Shown here one piece after another: positions 17,804 to 31,763 of a DNA stretch of 64,000 nucleotides (the stretch's first letter is position 1; each line of letters starts with the position of its first letter). The translations under genes and the position numbers were made by a program. Where the stretch lies: assembly GCA_963738955.1 (NCBI GenBank), contig CAVTYW010000027.1, positions 231,529 to 295,528 of the forward strand, read 5' to 3'. Source of the DNA: Pirellulales bacterium. Lineage in GTDB: Bacteria > Planctomycetota > Planctomycetia > Pirellulales > DATAWG01. The notes beneath the pieces were generated by a model, which worked only from the letters and a program-made list of their open reading frames with translations, searched no databases and was not told where the DNA came from.

Positions 17804-19136
17804 CTATTCGGGATGAGGATCGCCGCTCGGCGGGATGCGCGTGGCTAGAATGCGATCGATCCGCTGGCCGTGCATTCCCAGCACTTCCAATCGCAGGCCG
17901 TTCCATTCGGTCGAATCGCCGACGACGGGGATGCGGCCGAGGCCGTCCAACACAAGGCCAGACACGGTGCTGTAGCCGCGCGGCTCGGCGTTGTCGACAT
18001 CGCGAATATCCAATCGTTCGATCAAATCGGCGACGCTCAGCATTCCATCGACCAGCCAGCTATTGTCGTCCCGCTTGACCAATAGCTCGACTTTTTCGCG
18101 GCGATGCTCGTCGCGAATTTCGCCGACCAATTCCTCGAGCACGTCTTCCAGCGTGACCATTCCCTCCGTGCCGCCGAATTCGTCCAGCACGATCGCCAGT
18201 TGATTATGCTGCTCTTGAAACAACTCCAGCAGGCGGTCGAGCGGCAGCGACTCGGGCACCGACAACGCCGGGTGCAGCATCTTTCGCAATTGGATCGGCC
18301 GGCCGAGATATTGTTGCAAAAACAGGTCTTTGATATGCACGAAGCCGATGATGTGGTCGAGATCGCGTTCGTAAACCGGCAATCGCGAGAAGCCGGCCAT
18401 CGCCATCGCGCCGTTGACTTCCTCGACCGGCGTGTCGGCATCCAGTGCGTCAAGATCGATCCGCGGCCGCATGATGTCGCGCACCGTCCGCTCGCCGAGC
18501 CGAAAGCGCCTCGACCGCGACCTTCATCTCGACCGACTCAACCACGCCCTCGGCCTTGCCGGTGTCGATCATGTGCTCGATGTCGTTGACCGACACGCTC
18601 GGCCCGGAGCGCGTCTCGGAATTGACCAGCGTCAGCAAGGCGTTGCTAGCCGAACTCATCAGCCAAACCGCGGGGCCGGCCAACCGCGACAGACCGTTCA
18701 TCAACGGCGCGACGAACCGGGCCAATTGCTCGGCGCGATGCAGCGCCAGCCGCTTCGGGACCAACTCGCCCAAAATCAGCGTGGCCACCGTGATCGACAG
18801 GCCGACAACGACGAGCGCCGCCGAATGGGCATGATTCGCCAACAGCGGCGCCGGCAATGTGGCGATCCAACCCTCGAGTTCGCCGACCAGATTGGCGCCG
18901 CCGAACGTCGCGGTAAACGTGCCGATGAGCGTGATGCCGATTTGCCCCGTGGCCAAAAACCGGCTCGGATCGCGAATCAGTTCGAGCGCCACCTTCGCCC
19001 GCCGATCCCCTTCCTCGGCAAGCTGCTGCAGCCGCCCGCGCCGCGCCGCGATAATCGCCATCTCAGCCGCGCTGAAAAATCCATTGGCCAGGATCAGCAC
19101 CAGGATAATCAGGATTTCAGCGACGTAGGCGGGCAT
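17804..19136 (-). CDS. CNNM/DUF21 + CBS pair + CorC_HlyC transporter-associated protein (HlyC/CorC family), one frame break near 18500
   Basis: MPAYVAEILIILVLILANGFFSAAEMAII...LGELVPKRLA (ORF 18450-19136), then FRLGERTVRDIMRPRIDL...IGFVHIKDL...LAIVLDEFGGTEGMVTLEDVLEELVGEI (ORF 17804-18484). Confidence 0.85.
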
Positions 19137-19330
19137 GGGCGAGTGAATGACAAAGGACTAAGGACGAATGTCTACGGATCGGAGCGCCATGTGCAACGAT
19201 TTTGTTGGAGTTCAGGGTTTAGCCTGCCGCGGGCAGCCTCAGAACCCCTCGCAAAACCGCGTGGCGGAAGGGGACAGTCCCCGTTTGCTCCGCGGACTGC
19301 GCAAGATGGGGACAGTCCCCGGCGGTTTTG
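19137..19330. repeat. Intergenic stack of three REP types
   Basis: ATGAC-rich element at 19141-19177, GTTGGAGTTCAGGGTTTAGCCTGC at 19204-19227, and two GGGGACAGTCCCC palindromes at 19270-19282 and 19308-19320. Confidence 0.75.
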
Positions 19331-19340
19331 TGAGGGATTC

Positions 19341-19889
19341 TTATGGCTGAACTCCAGCTTTGATAGCGCTCTGGCGTGCCGCCGCGATGATGCGTTCGAC
19401 GACTTCGGTTTTCGCAATAGCATAGGCGTTCGTGTCGGGCCAGGCTAGCGCCGCCAACTTCCGCTTCGTGTCCTCGTAGAGTTGCCGATCGTGGAGATTT
19501 GTCCGCAGTCGGTCGCGAAAGATCAGGTGCCGTTCGATTTCCGGAGAATTCCGTGAGAAGACGTGGATATGCACATCTCGCTCGGGCGTGCGGAACATGC
19601 GATGCTCATGAAACTCGGGCTCGCGCACGCGCAGCACATAGCCGGCCGCTCCCATTCGCGGAAGATAGCGAGGTTCATCCGCGGAATCCTCGACCACGAG
19701 CAGCATATCGACAATCGGCTTGGCGCCCAAGCCTGGCACTGAGGTCGAGCCGATATGCTCGATCGTCAATGCGTCGCCGCCCAAGGTGGCGGCAATGATT
19801 TTCACATGTGCCGCGAATACTTCCGGCCAGCGCGGATCGTATTCGTGAATCTTGATATCTCGCTTTTCGACGCCTCCGATGAGAACCAT
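19341..19889 (-). CDS. GrpB (UPF0157) family protein
   Basis: IHEYDPRWPEVF...IEHIGSTSVPGLGAKPIVDMLLVV...HIHVFS...ERHLIFRDRLR. Start chosen at MVLIGG (CAT at 19887-19889). Confidence 0.8.
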   Translation of the reverse strand: MVLIGGVEKRDIKIHEYDPRWPEVFAAHVKIIAATLGGDALTIEHIGSTSVPGLGAKPIVDMLLVVEDSADEPRYLPRMGAAGYVLRVREPEFHEHRMFRTPERDVHIHVFSRNSPEIERHLIFRDRLRTNLHDRQLYEDTKRKLAALAWPDTNAYAIAKTEVVERIIAAARQSAIKAGVQP

Positions 19890-20015
19890 ATTCGCCACTG
19901 TGCCGAATGACGCGACAATTGGCACGAACCCTATGGAAGTCGAAGAGTCAATCGGGCCGCTCGCCGGCTCTCCGTTTCCTTTCCACTCGCGAAACCGCAA
20001 GCGAGCCGCCAACCG

Positions 20016-21204
20016 CTATATATCCGACGGTCCATTTCCCTGATTCCTGCCTCCTGTCCCCTGACCCCTCGCCAGGTGATCTCGATGAATCACTTCATCG
20101 TACGGGCAGTGGCCGAGGGCGGCGGCGATTTGGTCGGTTTTCAGGCCCTTGATGCGCTGGATTTCCTCGGCGGCGTAGTTCGACAGACCGCGGGCAAATT
20201 CCTGGCCTTGGCTGTCGTTGAGCGATACGACGTCGCCTTTGCGAAATGTCCCTTCGACGCTGACGACGCCGATCGCCAGCAGGCTGCGGCCTTGCTGCTC
20301 GATCGCGCGGCGGGCTCCGTCGTCGAGGACCAGATCGGCCGCGCGGCTGGGCGGTGAAGCCGATCCAGCGCTTCCACGAGGAATACGATTCGGCCTTGGG
20401 CGACGAACAGCGTGCCGACCGGTTCGCCGGCCACGATTCGGGCCAGAGTTCCCGGCTGCGGCCGCTGGCGATGATCACGTTTTCGCCGGCGGTCGTGGCC
20501 ATGCGCGCGGCTTCGAGCTTGCTGGCCATGCCGCCTTTGCTCAGGCCGGTCTCCCGATCGCGCACCAAGGCCCAGGATCGATTCGTCGAGCTTCGTGACC
20601 GTCGGAATGACTTTCGAACCCGGATCGGCCGGATCGCCGTCGTACAGGCCGTCGACGTCGGAAAGCAGCACCAAGCAGCGGGGCGCGGATCAGGTTCGTG
20701 ACCATCGCGGCCAGGCGGTCGTTGTCGCCAAACGTGGTTTGCAATTCTTCGACGCTGACGGTGTCGTTTTCGTTGATGATCGGCACGGCGCCGAGTTCGA
20801 ACAGCGTCAGGATCGTGTTGCGGACGTTCAGATAGCGGGTGCGGTCGTCGAGATCGTCGGCGGTGAGCAGCACTTGGGCGGCGTGACGGCCGTGAGGCGC
20901 GCAGACCGCGATCGTAGGCTTCGACCAGATGGCTTTGCCCGACCGCGGCGACGGCTTGCAAGCTGCGCCAGGTCGCTCGGGCGGCGTTTGCATTCCGAGC
21001 CGGCCCATGCCCGCGCCGACCGCTCCGGAGCTGACCAGCGCCACCTTGCGGCCCGACGCGATCACCTGGTGCAACTCCTCGGCCAGCGCGGCGACGCGCT
21101 GCTGATCGAGCAGGCCATCGGCGCCGGTGAGCATCGCGAGTGCCGACTTTGACGACCATCGTGTGAGCGGCGGTGGCGATTTCTTGACGCAGGAGATCGG
21201 TCAT
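20016..21204 (-). pseudogene. proB: Glutamate 5-kinase with PUA domain; about 8 frame breaks as assembled, almost certainly functional in the organism
   Basis: [143 protein letters not shown], then PUA-like LVLDDGARRAIEQQGRSLLAIGVVSVEGTFRKGDVV. The pieces are spread over ORFs 20095-21237, 20541-21134, 20141-20674 and a third frame. Confidence 0.85.
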
Positions 21205-21522
21205 AGGGTCAGACGCGCTATGTTGCAAATGCGGCACGATGCGGCACGACGCGGCGCGTCAAGCCCAGGGATGGCGGCCAACAATCTTCGGCGACAAGAA
21301 ACGCCTCGTCCGCCTTCCCTGGGTTTTGGCGTTCGCGAGCAATGTAAACGTTTAGATAGGATACCTTTCCGGCGCGTAGACCAACACCCTTATCCGCCGG
21401 CCTTGTCGCCGACTCGTTGTGAACCAGGGCCTCTCCGCGTAGAATGGTCTGCCGGGCCAAATTCGACCTTGTCCCGCCATCCATCACCCCGCCCTGCCTG
21501 CACCCCGCGGCGAGTTTCGGCG

Positions 21523-23097
21523 ATGAGCGAACTGCACCACGAATGCGGCATCGCGGCGATCTATCACCTGCCCGGCCGCGAAGTCAGCCCGCTTTGCCCC
21601 GAACAGGGGCCCGACGAGGTCTCGCGGCTCATGCCGCGGATGCTGCTGGACATCCAGAATCGCGGCCAGCTTTCGGCCGGCATGACCACGCTTCAATCCC
21701 GACCGCAACCAGCTGATCGACACCTACAAGGATGTGGGCAGCGTCAGCGAAGTTTTTCGGCCTGAGCCATCGCGGCAAGTACGAAAGCCTGATGACGGAG
21801 TACGCCGGCCGGGCCGCCATCGGCCACGTCCGCTACGCCACCTGCGGCGCCGAAGACCGCAGCTACGCCCAGCCGTTCGAGCGGCACCACCTGCAAAAGC
21901 ACAAGTGGTTCAGCTTCGCCTTCAACGGCCAATTGGCCAACTATCAGGAACTGCGCGAGAGCCTGCTGGCCGACGGCGACAACCACCTGGCCCGCGACAC
22001 CGACACCGAAATCATCATGCACGAGATCAGCCGCGAGCTGTCGGGCGACCGCCGGCCGTCGCTGGTCGAGGTGTTGCGCAACATCAGCCAGCGGTTCGAC
22101 GGCGCCTACAGCCTGGTGCTGCTCAACGCGCTGGGCGACATGCTCGTGGCCCGCGATCCGCTGGGCATCCAGCCGCTGTGCTATGCCATGGAAGGGCCGC
22201 TGTTCGCCGCGGCCAGCGAGAGCGTGGCGCTGCTGAACCTGGGCTTTGCGCCCGAGAGCATCAAGTCGCTGCTGCCGGGCCAGGCGATCACGATCACCGA
22301 CGGCCGGTTCGAGATGCACACGCTTCGCCCCCAGCCCGCGGCAGGCGCATTGCTTCTTCGAGTGGATTTATTTCGCCAACGTGGCCAGCACGATGGACGG
22401 CCGCAGCGTCTATCTCTCGCGCAAGCGGCTGGGCGAGGAGCTGGCCCGGCTGGAAACGGTGCCGATCGACGAAGACACGATCGTCGTGCCCGTGCCCGAC
22501 ACCAGCAAGGCCGCCGCCGACGCGATGGCCTTCAAGCTGAAGGTTCCCTCGCTCGAAGGGCTGATTCGCAATCGCTACACGGGCCGCACGTTCATCGAAG
22601 GGGGCGGCAACCGCAAGCGAAAGGCCGAGACGAAGTACACGCCGCTCCGCGAAGTGCTCGAAGGCAAGCGCGTGCTGCTGGTCGAGGATTCGATCGTCCG
22701 CTCGACGACGATGAAGGTGCTGCTGAAGCGGATTCGCGAGCTGGGCCGGGCCCGCGAGATTCACGTCCGCGTGGCCTGCCCGCCGATCATCGCGCCCTGC
22801 TTTTACGGCATCGACATGTCGACGATCAACGAGCTGTTCGCGCCGCAATTCCTGAACGGCGGCGCGCTGACCGACGAGGTCCAGGCCGAGATGGCCGCGA
22901 AGCTCGGCGCCGATTCGCTGCGCTATCTGCCGGTCGAATCGATCGCCCGGGCGATCGGCTTCGACAGCGACCAGCTCTGCCAGGCCTGCATCACGGGCGA
23001 GTATCCGACGCCCTGCGGACAGGAGCTGTATCAGGTGGCGCTTGGCAACTCGGGCAGTGAGCCGGGCGAGCGGACGTATGAGTTGAAAGCGACGTAG
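21523..23097 (+). CDS. purF: Amidophosphoribosyltransferase (3 frame breaks, near 21690, 21755 and 22325)
   Basis: [14 protein letters not shown] (N-terminal Cys nucleophile), [116 protein letters not shown]. Confidence 0.9.
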
Positions 23098-23103
23098 GCC
23101 GCA

Positions 23104-23134
23104 GGCTTGGGGCTACAGGCTTGACGCTTGAGGT
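23104..23134. repeat. Single copy of the AGGCTTGAGGCTA[CT]AGGCTTGAGG element
   Basis: AGGCTTGGGGCTACAGGCTTGACGCTTGAGG. About 27 of 31 nt match the arms at 51662-51692 and 51816-51846. Confidence 0.6.
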
Positions 23135-23160
23135 ACGAAGAGACTCGCTGATTGCCAACC

Positions 23161-25614
<2,454 letters not shown>

Positions 25615-25625
<11 letters not shown>

Positions 25626-27114
25626 AATGCAAATCATGAATCGTTCCATCAACAATCCGCGATCGACCGGCTGTTGCTCCGGCGTGCCGCAGTTTGCCTC
25701 GCAACAGTTCTCGCGTCGTGCAATGCTTCGCCGCGCCGCCGGTGGATTCGGTGCGCTGGCGCTCAGCGGCATGATCGCCGATTTGGCCGCCGGCGCCGTT
25801 TCGCCAAAACCGTCGGACCCGCTGGCCCCGAAGCCGCCGATTTTCCCGCCCGAGCCAAGAGCGTCATCTTTCTGTACATGACCGGCGGCGTCTCGCACGT
25901 CGATTCGTTCGACCCCAAGCCCAAGCTGTTCGCCGACGCCGGCAAGACAGTGCACGGTCGACAACTGGCAGGGCAAGCTCGGCGACTTCACGCGGTATCT
26001 CAAGCAGCCCGCACTGGGAGTTCCGGCCCGGCGGCCAGTGCGGCACCGAGGTCAGCGACCTGTTCCCGCACGTGCGGTCGATGCGTCGACGACCTGTGCG
26101 TGATCCGCTCGATGGCGTCGGACCACACGAACCATTACGAGGCCACGCTCGGCATGCACACCGGGTCGTTCACCTTCGCCCGGCCGAGCATCGGCGCCTG
26201 GGTCAGCTACGGCCTGGGCACCGAGAACCGGAACCTGCCGTCGTTCGTCGCGATCGCGCCGCACGTCCCCTACGCCGGGCACCCAGACCTGGGGCTCGCG
26301 ACTTCCTGCCCGGCTGCCACCAGGGCACGCACGTCGTCCCCGGCCCGACGCCGATCGCCAACGTCGCACCGCCGCGCCGGCTCCGCCGCGCTCCAGCAGC
26401 TCGAGCTCGAGCGCGTTGCGCCGACGCCAATCGCCGGCACCTCGAGCGCGCGACGGCCGACGCGGCGCTCGCGGCCCGGATCCAGTCGTTCGAGACGGCC
26501 TTCGGCATGCAGCGCGAGGCGCCCGAGGTCTTCGACCTCTCCGGCGAAACCGACGCGACGCTCGCGCTCTACGGCCTGGAGCGCGGCCGCACCGACGGCT
26601 TCGCCTGGCAATGCCTGGTCGCCCGGCGGCTGGCCGAGCGCGGCGTGCGGTTCATCGAGCTGATCGACACCGGCTCGTCGAACAACTGGGACTCGCACGG
26701 CAACATGAACGACCACGTCCCGCTGGCCCGGAACGTCGATCAGGCCGATCGCCGGCCTGCTCAACGACCTGAAATCGCGCGGCATGCTCGACGACACGCT
26801 GGTCGTCTGGACCACCGAGTTCGGCCGCACGCCGTATCAACGACGCAGCCGAACGCCACCGGCCGCGAGCATCACCACCAGTGCTTCTCGTCGTGGCTGG
26901 CCGGCGGCGGCGTCAAGGGCGGGCATCGTCCACGGCGCGACCGACGAGTACGGCATCGCCGTCGCGGAGAACCGCGTCCACGTCCACGACTTCCACGCCA
27001 CGATCCTGCACCTGCTGGGCCTCGACCACGACGCGGCTGACCTACCGCCACGCCGGCCGCGATTACCGCCTGACCGACGTCAGTGGGCAGGTGGTGAAGG
27101 AGATTATTGCGTAG
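25615..27114 (+). pseudogene. DUF1501 protein, copy 2; very GC-rich, about 10 frame breaks as assembled
   Basis: Tat-like SRRAMLRRAAGGFGALAL, KSVIFLYMTGGVSHVDSFDPKPKL, CVDDLCVIRSMASDHTNHYEA, GAWVSYGLGTENRNLPSFV, FGMQREAPEVFDLSGE, LVARRLAERGVRFIEL, NNWDSHGNM, FSSWLAGGGVKGG, DYRLTDVSGQVVKEIIA. The ATG overlaps the upstream stop (ATGTCGAATAG). Confidence 0.8.
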
Positions 27115-27146
27115 ACAGACATCGGGTAACACGCATTGGAGCAATC

Positions 27147-28118
27147 ATGCGACAACCTTTTGCAAATCGTTTGCCGGCCGTTATCTGTCTCACGCTATCG
27201 GCGTGTCTGGCAAGCTCCGCGCGGGCCGGGTGGCCGGCGCGTGTGTTTGCTCCGTACATGTACATCGGCTCGGGAGATCATTTCAAGCTGACCGACTGCG
27301 ACGATGCCTGCGGACTGAAGCATTACACGCTGGCGTTCGTCATTGCCGACAAGCAGGGGAATCCGGCATGGGATGGCCGCACGCCGATGGAGAAGAATCT
27401 GTACCACGATCAGATCGACGCGATCCGCAATCGCGGCGGCGACGTGCTGATTTCGTTCGGCGGCGAGGGAGGCAAGGATTTGGCGCTGGTGGAGACCGAT
27501 TTGGGAAGGCTCGAAGCCAAGTATCAGTCGGTCGTCGATCGGTATCAATTCACGTGGCTCGATTTTGACATCGAAGGCAAGCAACTGGAAGACGACGCAG
27601 CCAACCAGCGGCGAAACACCGCGCTGGCGGCGCTGCAAAAAAAGAACCCGGGCTTGCTGATCTCGTTCACCTTGCCGGTCGATCCCAATGGGATTTCCAA
27701 GCATTCGCAAGCGATGTTGAAAGACGCCACGGCGAAAGGCATGAAGGTCAAATCAGCCAATCTGATGACGATGTATTTCGGCCCGCATTTTTTCAAAGAC
27801 CGAACGATGAGCGAATTGTGCATTGCCAGCGTGGAGAAAGCCCACGAGCAATGCCACGCGATCGATCCGGCCATTCAGATCGGTATTACGCCGATGATCG
27901 GCAAAGGGGGCAACAAGGGCGCCGAATTGTTTTCCCTCGCCGATGCCAAAACGATTCGCGATTGGGCCAAGCAAAAGCCCTGGGTGTGCAGCATCGGATT
28001 TTGGTCCGTGAATCGCGACAGCGGCAAACCGGGCCGGGGCGATGGCAACACCGCCAGCGGCGTTCCACAGCAACCGTTCGATTATTCGAAGGTGCTGGAG
28101 GAATTCACGTCGAAGTGA
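27147..28118 (+). CDS. Secreted glycoside hydrolase family 18 (chitinase-like) protein
   Basis: Intact from MRQPFANRLPAVICLTLSACLASSARA. HYTLAFVIA, GGDVLISFGGEGG and a catalytic-type block FTWLDFDIEG (DxDxE). Confidence 0.7.
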   Translation: MRQPFANRLPAVICLTLSACLASSARAGWPARVFAPYMYIGSGDHFKLTDCDDACGLKHYTLAFVIADKQGNPAWDGRTPMEKNLYHDQIDAIRNRGGDVLISFGGEGGKDLALVETDLGRLEAKYQSVVDRYQFTWLDFDIEGKQLEDDAANQRRNTALAALQKKNPGLLISFTLPVDPNGISKHSQAMLKDATAKGMKVKSANLMTMYFGPHFFKDRTMSELCIASVEKAHEQCHAIDPAIQIGITPMIGKGGNKGAELFSLADAKTIRDWAKQKPWVCSIGFWSVNRDSGKPGRGDGNTASGVPQQPFDYSKVLEEFTSK

Positions 28119-28177
28119 GCAATTCAACGTTGACGCAATACTTTTTTGAATTTGCGTCTCCTTTTTTTCGCCCGGAT

Positions 28178-28846
28178 TCACGCGGCCGCGTTCGTGAGGC
28201 GCCGGCGAAAGAAAGGCAACGCGCAGCCGGCTAGAAGCAGTAGGACGCCGGAGCAGGGTTCCGGTACGACGGCGATGTCGTCGAGGGCAAAATCATTGCC
28301 GGCGCCGCCATTGGTGTTGGAATCAAAGATTGACAAGGCAACGGACGAGTTGGCGCCGGAGTTAAACGTGCCGGTAAACTCGCTCCAGACGCCATTGGTT
28401 GCGGGCACATCCAGCGTGGACCCGAAAGTGGTCCCGTTTTCCTTGGCGAATAAGATCGCGGGACTGGGGTCGATCCCGTTGTTGTTATCGTTGCCGCTGG
28501 AAGCAGCCCAATAGGTGAACGTGTATTGGGTATTGGGCGTGACCGGAATCGTCTCGCCCCAGATAGGCGTGTTAGCGGTCCCGCTGCCGTCCACGACCAT
28601 CATTTCGCCGGTGCCGGTCGTGTGATCAACAAAGCTGGAGAGGAACGAGTTCCAAGATTGCGGGTTCGTGGCAACTGTATAATGACCGCCGCCTGTGGGC
28701 CCGAACCCATAGCCGCTTGTGAAGCCCGTGTTCCCCGCGCTGAAATTGCCGTTGACCACGCCCGCGCGGGCCGAGCCAGACAGCACTCCCACACAAGCGG
28801 CGACAAACATTGCGATCGACGGCCGCGCGATGGACTTCACGATCAT
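28178..28846 (-). CDS. PEP-CTERM sorting-domain protein
   Basis: Signal peptide, beta-rich body, and a C-terminal VVPEPCSGVLLLLAGCALPFFRRRL (PEP motif + TM + basic tail). Confidence 0.8.
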   Translation of the reverse strand: MIVKSIARPSIAMFVAACVGVLSGSARAGVVNGNFSAGNTGFTSGYGFGPTGGGHYTVATNPQSWNSFLSSFVDHTTGTGEMMVVDGSGTANTPIWGETIPVTPNTQYTFTYWAASSGNDNNNGIDPSPAILFAKENGTTFGSTLDVPATNGVWSEFTGTFNSGANSSVALSIFDSNTNGGAGNDFALDDIAVVPEPCSGVLLLLAGCALPFFRRRLTNAAA

Positions 28847-28955
28847 GCGGCAGCCTCAGTGTTAGAGCAACCGAAGTTCCAGCGAATGTCGATTGGACGG
28901 GTTGCAGCGTAGCAAGGAACCGCGCCTAAAGCAAGTTTTGTGCGGCAACGGCGAG

Positions 28956-30613
28956 TCGGTTGCGCTGTTCGGAACATCGCGCGTGGATTGATGTTGCGCG
29001 GCTTGAAAAGGGGCTTCCCCGCAAGTCGATCAAAATCTTGCGGGAATCGCGCGGCGAGGAATTTTTTCGTGCTTTTTTCGACCCGGCCACTGGCCATTCG
29101 GGGATATGTTGCGTAGTATCGTGCATCTCCAACGAGGCCTTCATGGAGGAGCACGCCATGCGTATCACCGCGCCCCAGCCGCTCTTTGCTTGGGAAAGTC
29201 TGGACGACTGTCCCAATCTACAAACCGTCCGTGAATTACTCGCCAGCATTCCCGATCACAAGCTGCTCGATTCGCTTCGCTCGGCTCGCGGACATGGACG
29301 CGACGATTACCCCGTTACCGTGCTGTGGGGCGTGTTGGTTTTGACCGCTGCGCTGCGGCACCCGACGATCGAGTTGTGTCTCGCCGAACTGCGACGCAAC
29401 GAGGGTCTGCGACGGTTGATCGGCATCGAGTCGGAGAAGAGGGTGCCGAAGAAATGGAACATCTCGCGCTTTCAAGACGTGCTCGGACAAGAGCCACACC
29501 GCACACTGGCGAAGGAAGCGTTCCAAGAGATGGTTCGGCGCCTCGGGACGATTGTGCCGGACTTGGGGCGCAACACGGCCGGCGACGCCACTGCCCTCAA
29601 CGCCCGCCGCAAAAATGCCGAGGGCGCGGCTGCGGAAGTCGAGGAAGGATTGCCGCAAGCCACCGGAGGCCGCAAGGAGTACACCGACGACAAGGGAAAC
29701 GTCACGGAAGCCTTTGAATGGTTCGGATACAAGCTCCATCTGTTGGTCAACGTGAAACACGAAGTGACGTTGTCTTACGAGATCACCGACACGAAGGCGG
29801 GCGACGGCGAAACGCTGCCGACGCTGCTGGCCCAGGGGCAGGCCAATTTGCCGAAGGGCCGCATCCAAACGCTAGCTTACGACAAGGCGGCCGACACCAA
29901 CGACGTGCATCAACTGCTGTCCGAGGCCAAGATCAAGCCGCTGATTCAGAATCGAGCACTTTGGAAGAGCGAGCCCGAACGGATGTTGCCCGGCCACGAC
30001 GGCAACTCGAACATCGTCTATGACGAGGCCGGAACGGTGTACTGCTACGATCGGGTGAGCGAGCCGATCGTGCGTCATCCGATGTCTTATATTGGCCACG
30101 AGCCGGCTCGCGAGACGCTGAAGTACCGTTGCCCGGCGAAGCACGAAGGCTGGGAGTGCCCGATGTCGAAGATTTGCAACGCGGGCAAGTCGTATGGATT
30201 GACCGTCCGCGTGCCGCGTGCGATCGATCTGCGGCGATTTCCGGCGTTGCCGCGGGCGACGAAGAAATTCGAGCGGATGTACAAGGGTCGCACGGCGGTG
30301 GAGCGGATCAACGCTCGGCTCAAGGTGTTTTGGGGCGCCGACGACGGAAACATCCGAGGAGCGCGCCGGTTTTTTGCCCAGGTGTCGGTGGTCATGCTCG
30401 TGCATGCGGCCTTCGCCACGGTGCTGGCCTCCGCTCCGCGCCGGGAAGGAACTCTTGGCAAGATGCGGCTGAGCCCGATCGCCCGGGCGTTGCGGACCGA
30501 AACCGCGGTCTAAGCCAAGCCACCATACAAGAATCGAGACAAGCGGGCTGATCGTACGCGCTGCGGAGCCCAATTCTTCCTCCGAAGGGCCATTCCGAAC
30601 AACTAAACGGCCC
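28956..30613 (+). mobile_element. IS element (IS5/IS1182-like); boundaries tentative
   Basis: Contains the intact transposase. Candidate imperfect terminal inverted repeats are CGGTTGCGCTGTTCGGAA (28956-28973) and the reverse complement of 30596-30613 (CCGTTTAGTTGTTCGGAA), matching at 14 of 18 positions. I could not identify a target-site duplication. Confidence 0.35.
29143..30513 (+). CDS. DDE transposase (IS5/IS1182-like, with N-terminal InsH/DUF772-type domain)
   Basis: GHGRDDYPVTVLWGVLVL, NTAGDATAL, FGYKLHLLV, LAYDKAADTNDV, YRCPAKHEGWECP, GRTAVERINARLK. Intact; the start is at 29143 or 29158. Confidence 0.8.
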   Translation: MEEHAMRITAPQPLFAWESLDDCPNLQTVRELLASIPDHKLLDSLRSARGHGRDDYPVTVLWGVLVLTAALRHPTIELCLAELRRNEGLRRLIGIESEKRVPKKWNISRFQDVLGQEPHRTLAKEAFQEMVRRLGTIVPDLGRNTAGDATALNARRKNAEGAAAEVEEGLPQATGGRKEYTDDKGNVTEAFEWFGYKLHLLVNVKHEVTLSYEITDTKAGDGETLPTLLAQGQANLPKGRIQTLAYDKAADTNDVHQLLSEAKIKPLIQNRALWKSEPERMLPGHDGNSNIVYDEAGTVYCYDRVSEPIVRHPMSYIGHEPARETLKYRCPAKHEGWECPMSKICNAGKSYGLTVRVPRAIDLRRFPALPRATKKFERMYKGRTAVERINARLKVFWGADDGNIRGARRFFAQVSVVMLVHAAFATVLASAPRREGTLGKMRLSPIARALRTETAV

Positions 30614-30950
30614 TCGTATCCTATACGTCGATGAAAATCACCGCGTCTCGCCGCCAGCACCCGCCCCCAACGCTAAAATCGCGGCAGACAACGCAACCAG
30701 CTCGGCAACGGCGCCGACGAATCAAAGGGGACGCTTTGAATTCGCGTCCCCACTCTCCTACGGCTTGTGCCGACGCACCGCGTTCCCTTTTCTCCGTAGT
30801 TCCACCGAATCTGATCATCGCCGCAAAGAATTTGCTCAAATCCGGCGAGATTCGGCGGCGGATCGGCTATAAAGAACGTTACCTAAAGGAATGGCGATTT
30901 TCGCCGGCCAGATGCGGGGGCGCTGAGTTTACGGAACACAGGGAGAAGTC

Positions 30951-31763
30951 ATGGTTTATCGAAGTGCGTCGCTCGGGGCGGCTTGTTTGGCGCTTGCGCT
31001 GTTTGCATCGGGCGTTCAGGCGGCGGGCGGTCGTGGGCCTGGCGGTGGTCCCGGCCCCGGCGCGGGGCCTGGTCCTGGTTTTGGCGGCCCGGGTGGACAA
31101 AACCAGGGTGGCCCGAACCAAGGCGGTCCGAATCAGGGCGGTCCGAATCAGGGCGGACCCAATCAGGGCGGACCCAATCAGGGCGGTCCGAACAATGGGC
31201 AGGCCGGCAATCAAGCCAATGGCGGCCAAAACCAAGGGAATAATCCGGGCGGACAGGGAGCGGCGCAGTGTCCGCCGGGACAGAACCAGAACGGCGGCTC
31301 GTCGGCCACCGGCTCCTCGACCAATCCGAAGAACAAGCCGATCGTCGGCAACATTGCCAATATCACCACGACCAGTCTCACGATCACGCTCAAGAATGGC
31401 ACGTCGCAATCGTTTTCGATCGGCGCGACGGTCAACACGATGAGTCTCGGCCGGCCGATTGCGCTGACCAGTCTGGCGATCGGCGATTTGGTCGGCGTCA
31501 AAACCGATGCCAGCGGCGCCGCCGTCGCCATCTTCAAGCTGCCGCGAAAGGCTCAAGCAAACGGCAACGGCCAAGGCCAAAACCAAGCCGCCGTGGCGAA
31601 CGGCAACCAAAATCAACAAGGTCCGGGTGGCCCCGGACAAGGTCCACCGCCGGGCGGCCGCCGGCACGGTCCGCCGCCACCGGGCGGTCCAGGACAAGGT
31701 CCGCCGCCGGGCGGACCAAACCAGCCGCCTCCGCCAGGACAGCAAGCGGGCGGCAATAACTGA
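30951..31763 (+). CDS. Secreted Gly/Pro/Asn/Gln-rich protein with a small central beta domain
   Basis: gggaga lies 5 nt before the ATG. Signal peptide MVYRSASLGAACLALALFASGVQA, (GGPNQ)x6, central IVGNIANITTTSLTITLKNGTSQSFSIG...GDLVGVKTDASGAAVAIFKL, and C-terminal GPGGPGQGPPPGG repeats. Confidence 0.7.
   Translation: MVYRSASLGAACLALALFASGVQAAGGRGPGGGPGPGAGPGPGFGGPGGQNQGGPNQGGPNQGGPNQGGPNQGGPNQGGPNNGQAGNQANGGQNQGNNPGGQGAAQCPPGQNQNGGSSATGSSTNPKNKPIVGNIANITTTSLTITLKNGTSQSFSIGATVNTMSLGRPIALTSLAIGDLVGVKTDASGAAVAIFKLPRKAQANGNGQGQNQAAVANGNQNQQGPGGPGQGPPPGGRRHGPPPPGGPGQGPPPGGPNQPPPPGQQAGGNN
31107..31196 (+). repeat. 15-nt tandem coding repeat (GGCGGTCCGAATCAG-like, six units)
   Basis: Read directly from the sequence; encodes GGPNQ repeats. 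Confidence 0.85.

Noticed and set aside
20016-20075. C-terminal extension of proB (..HLARGQGTGGRNQGNGPSDI-stop) overlapping the upstream region of grpB
   Set aside because: It reads through a CCCCTGACCCCTCGCC-type intergenic tract and a REP half-site. The natural stop was probably lost or shifted by an indel near 20070. The true end of proB is therefore uncertain, and the extension is not real protein.
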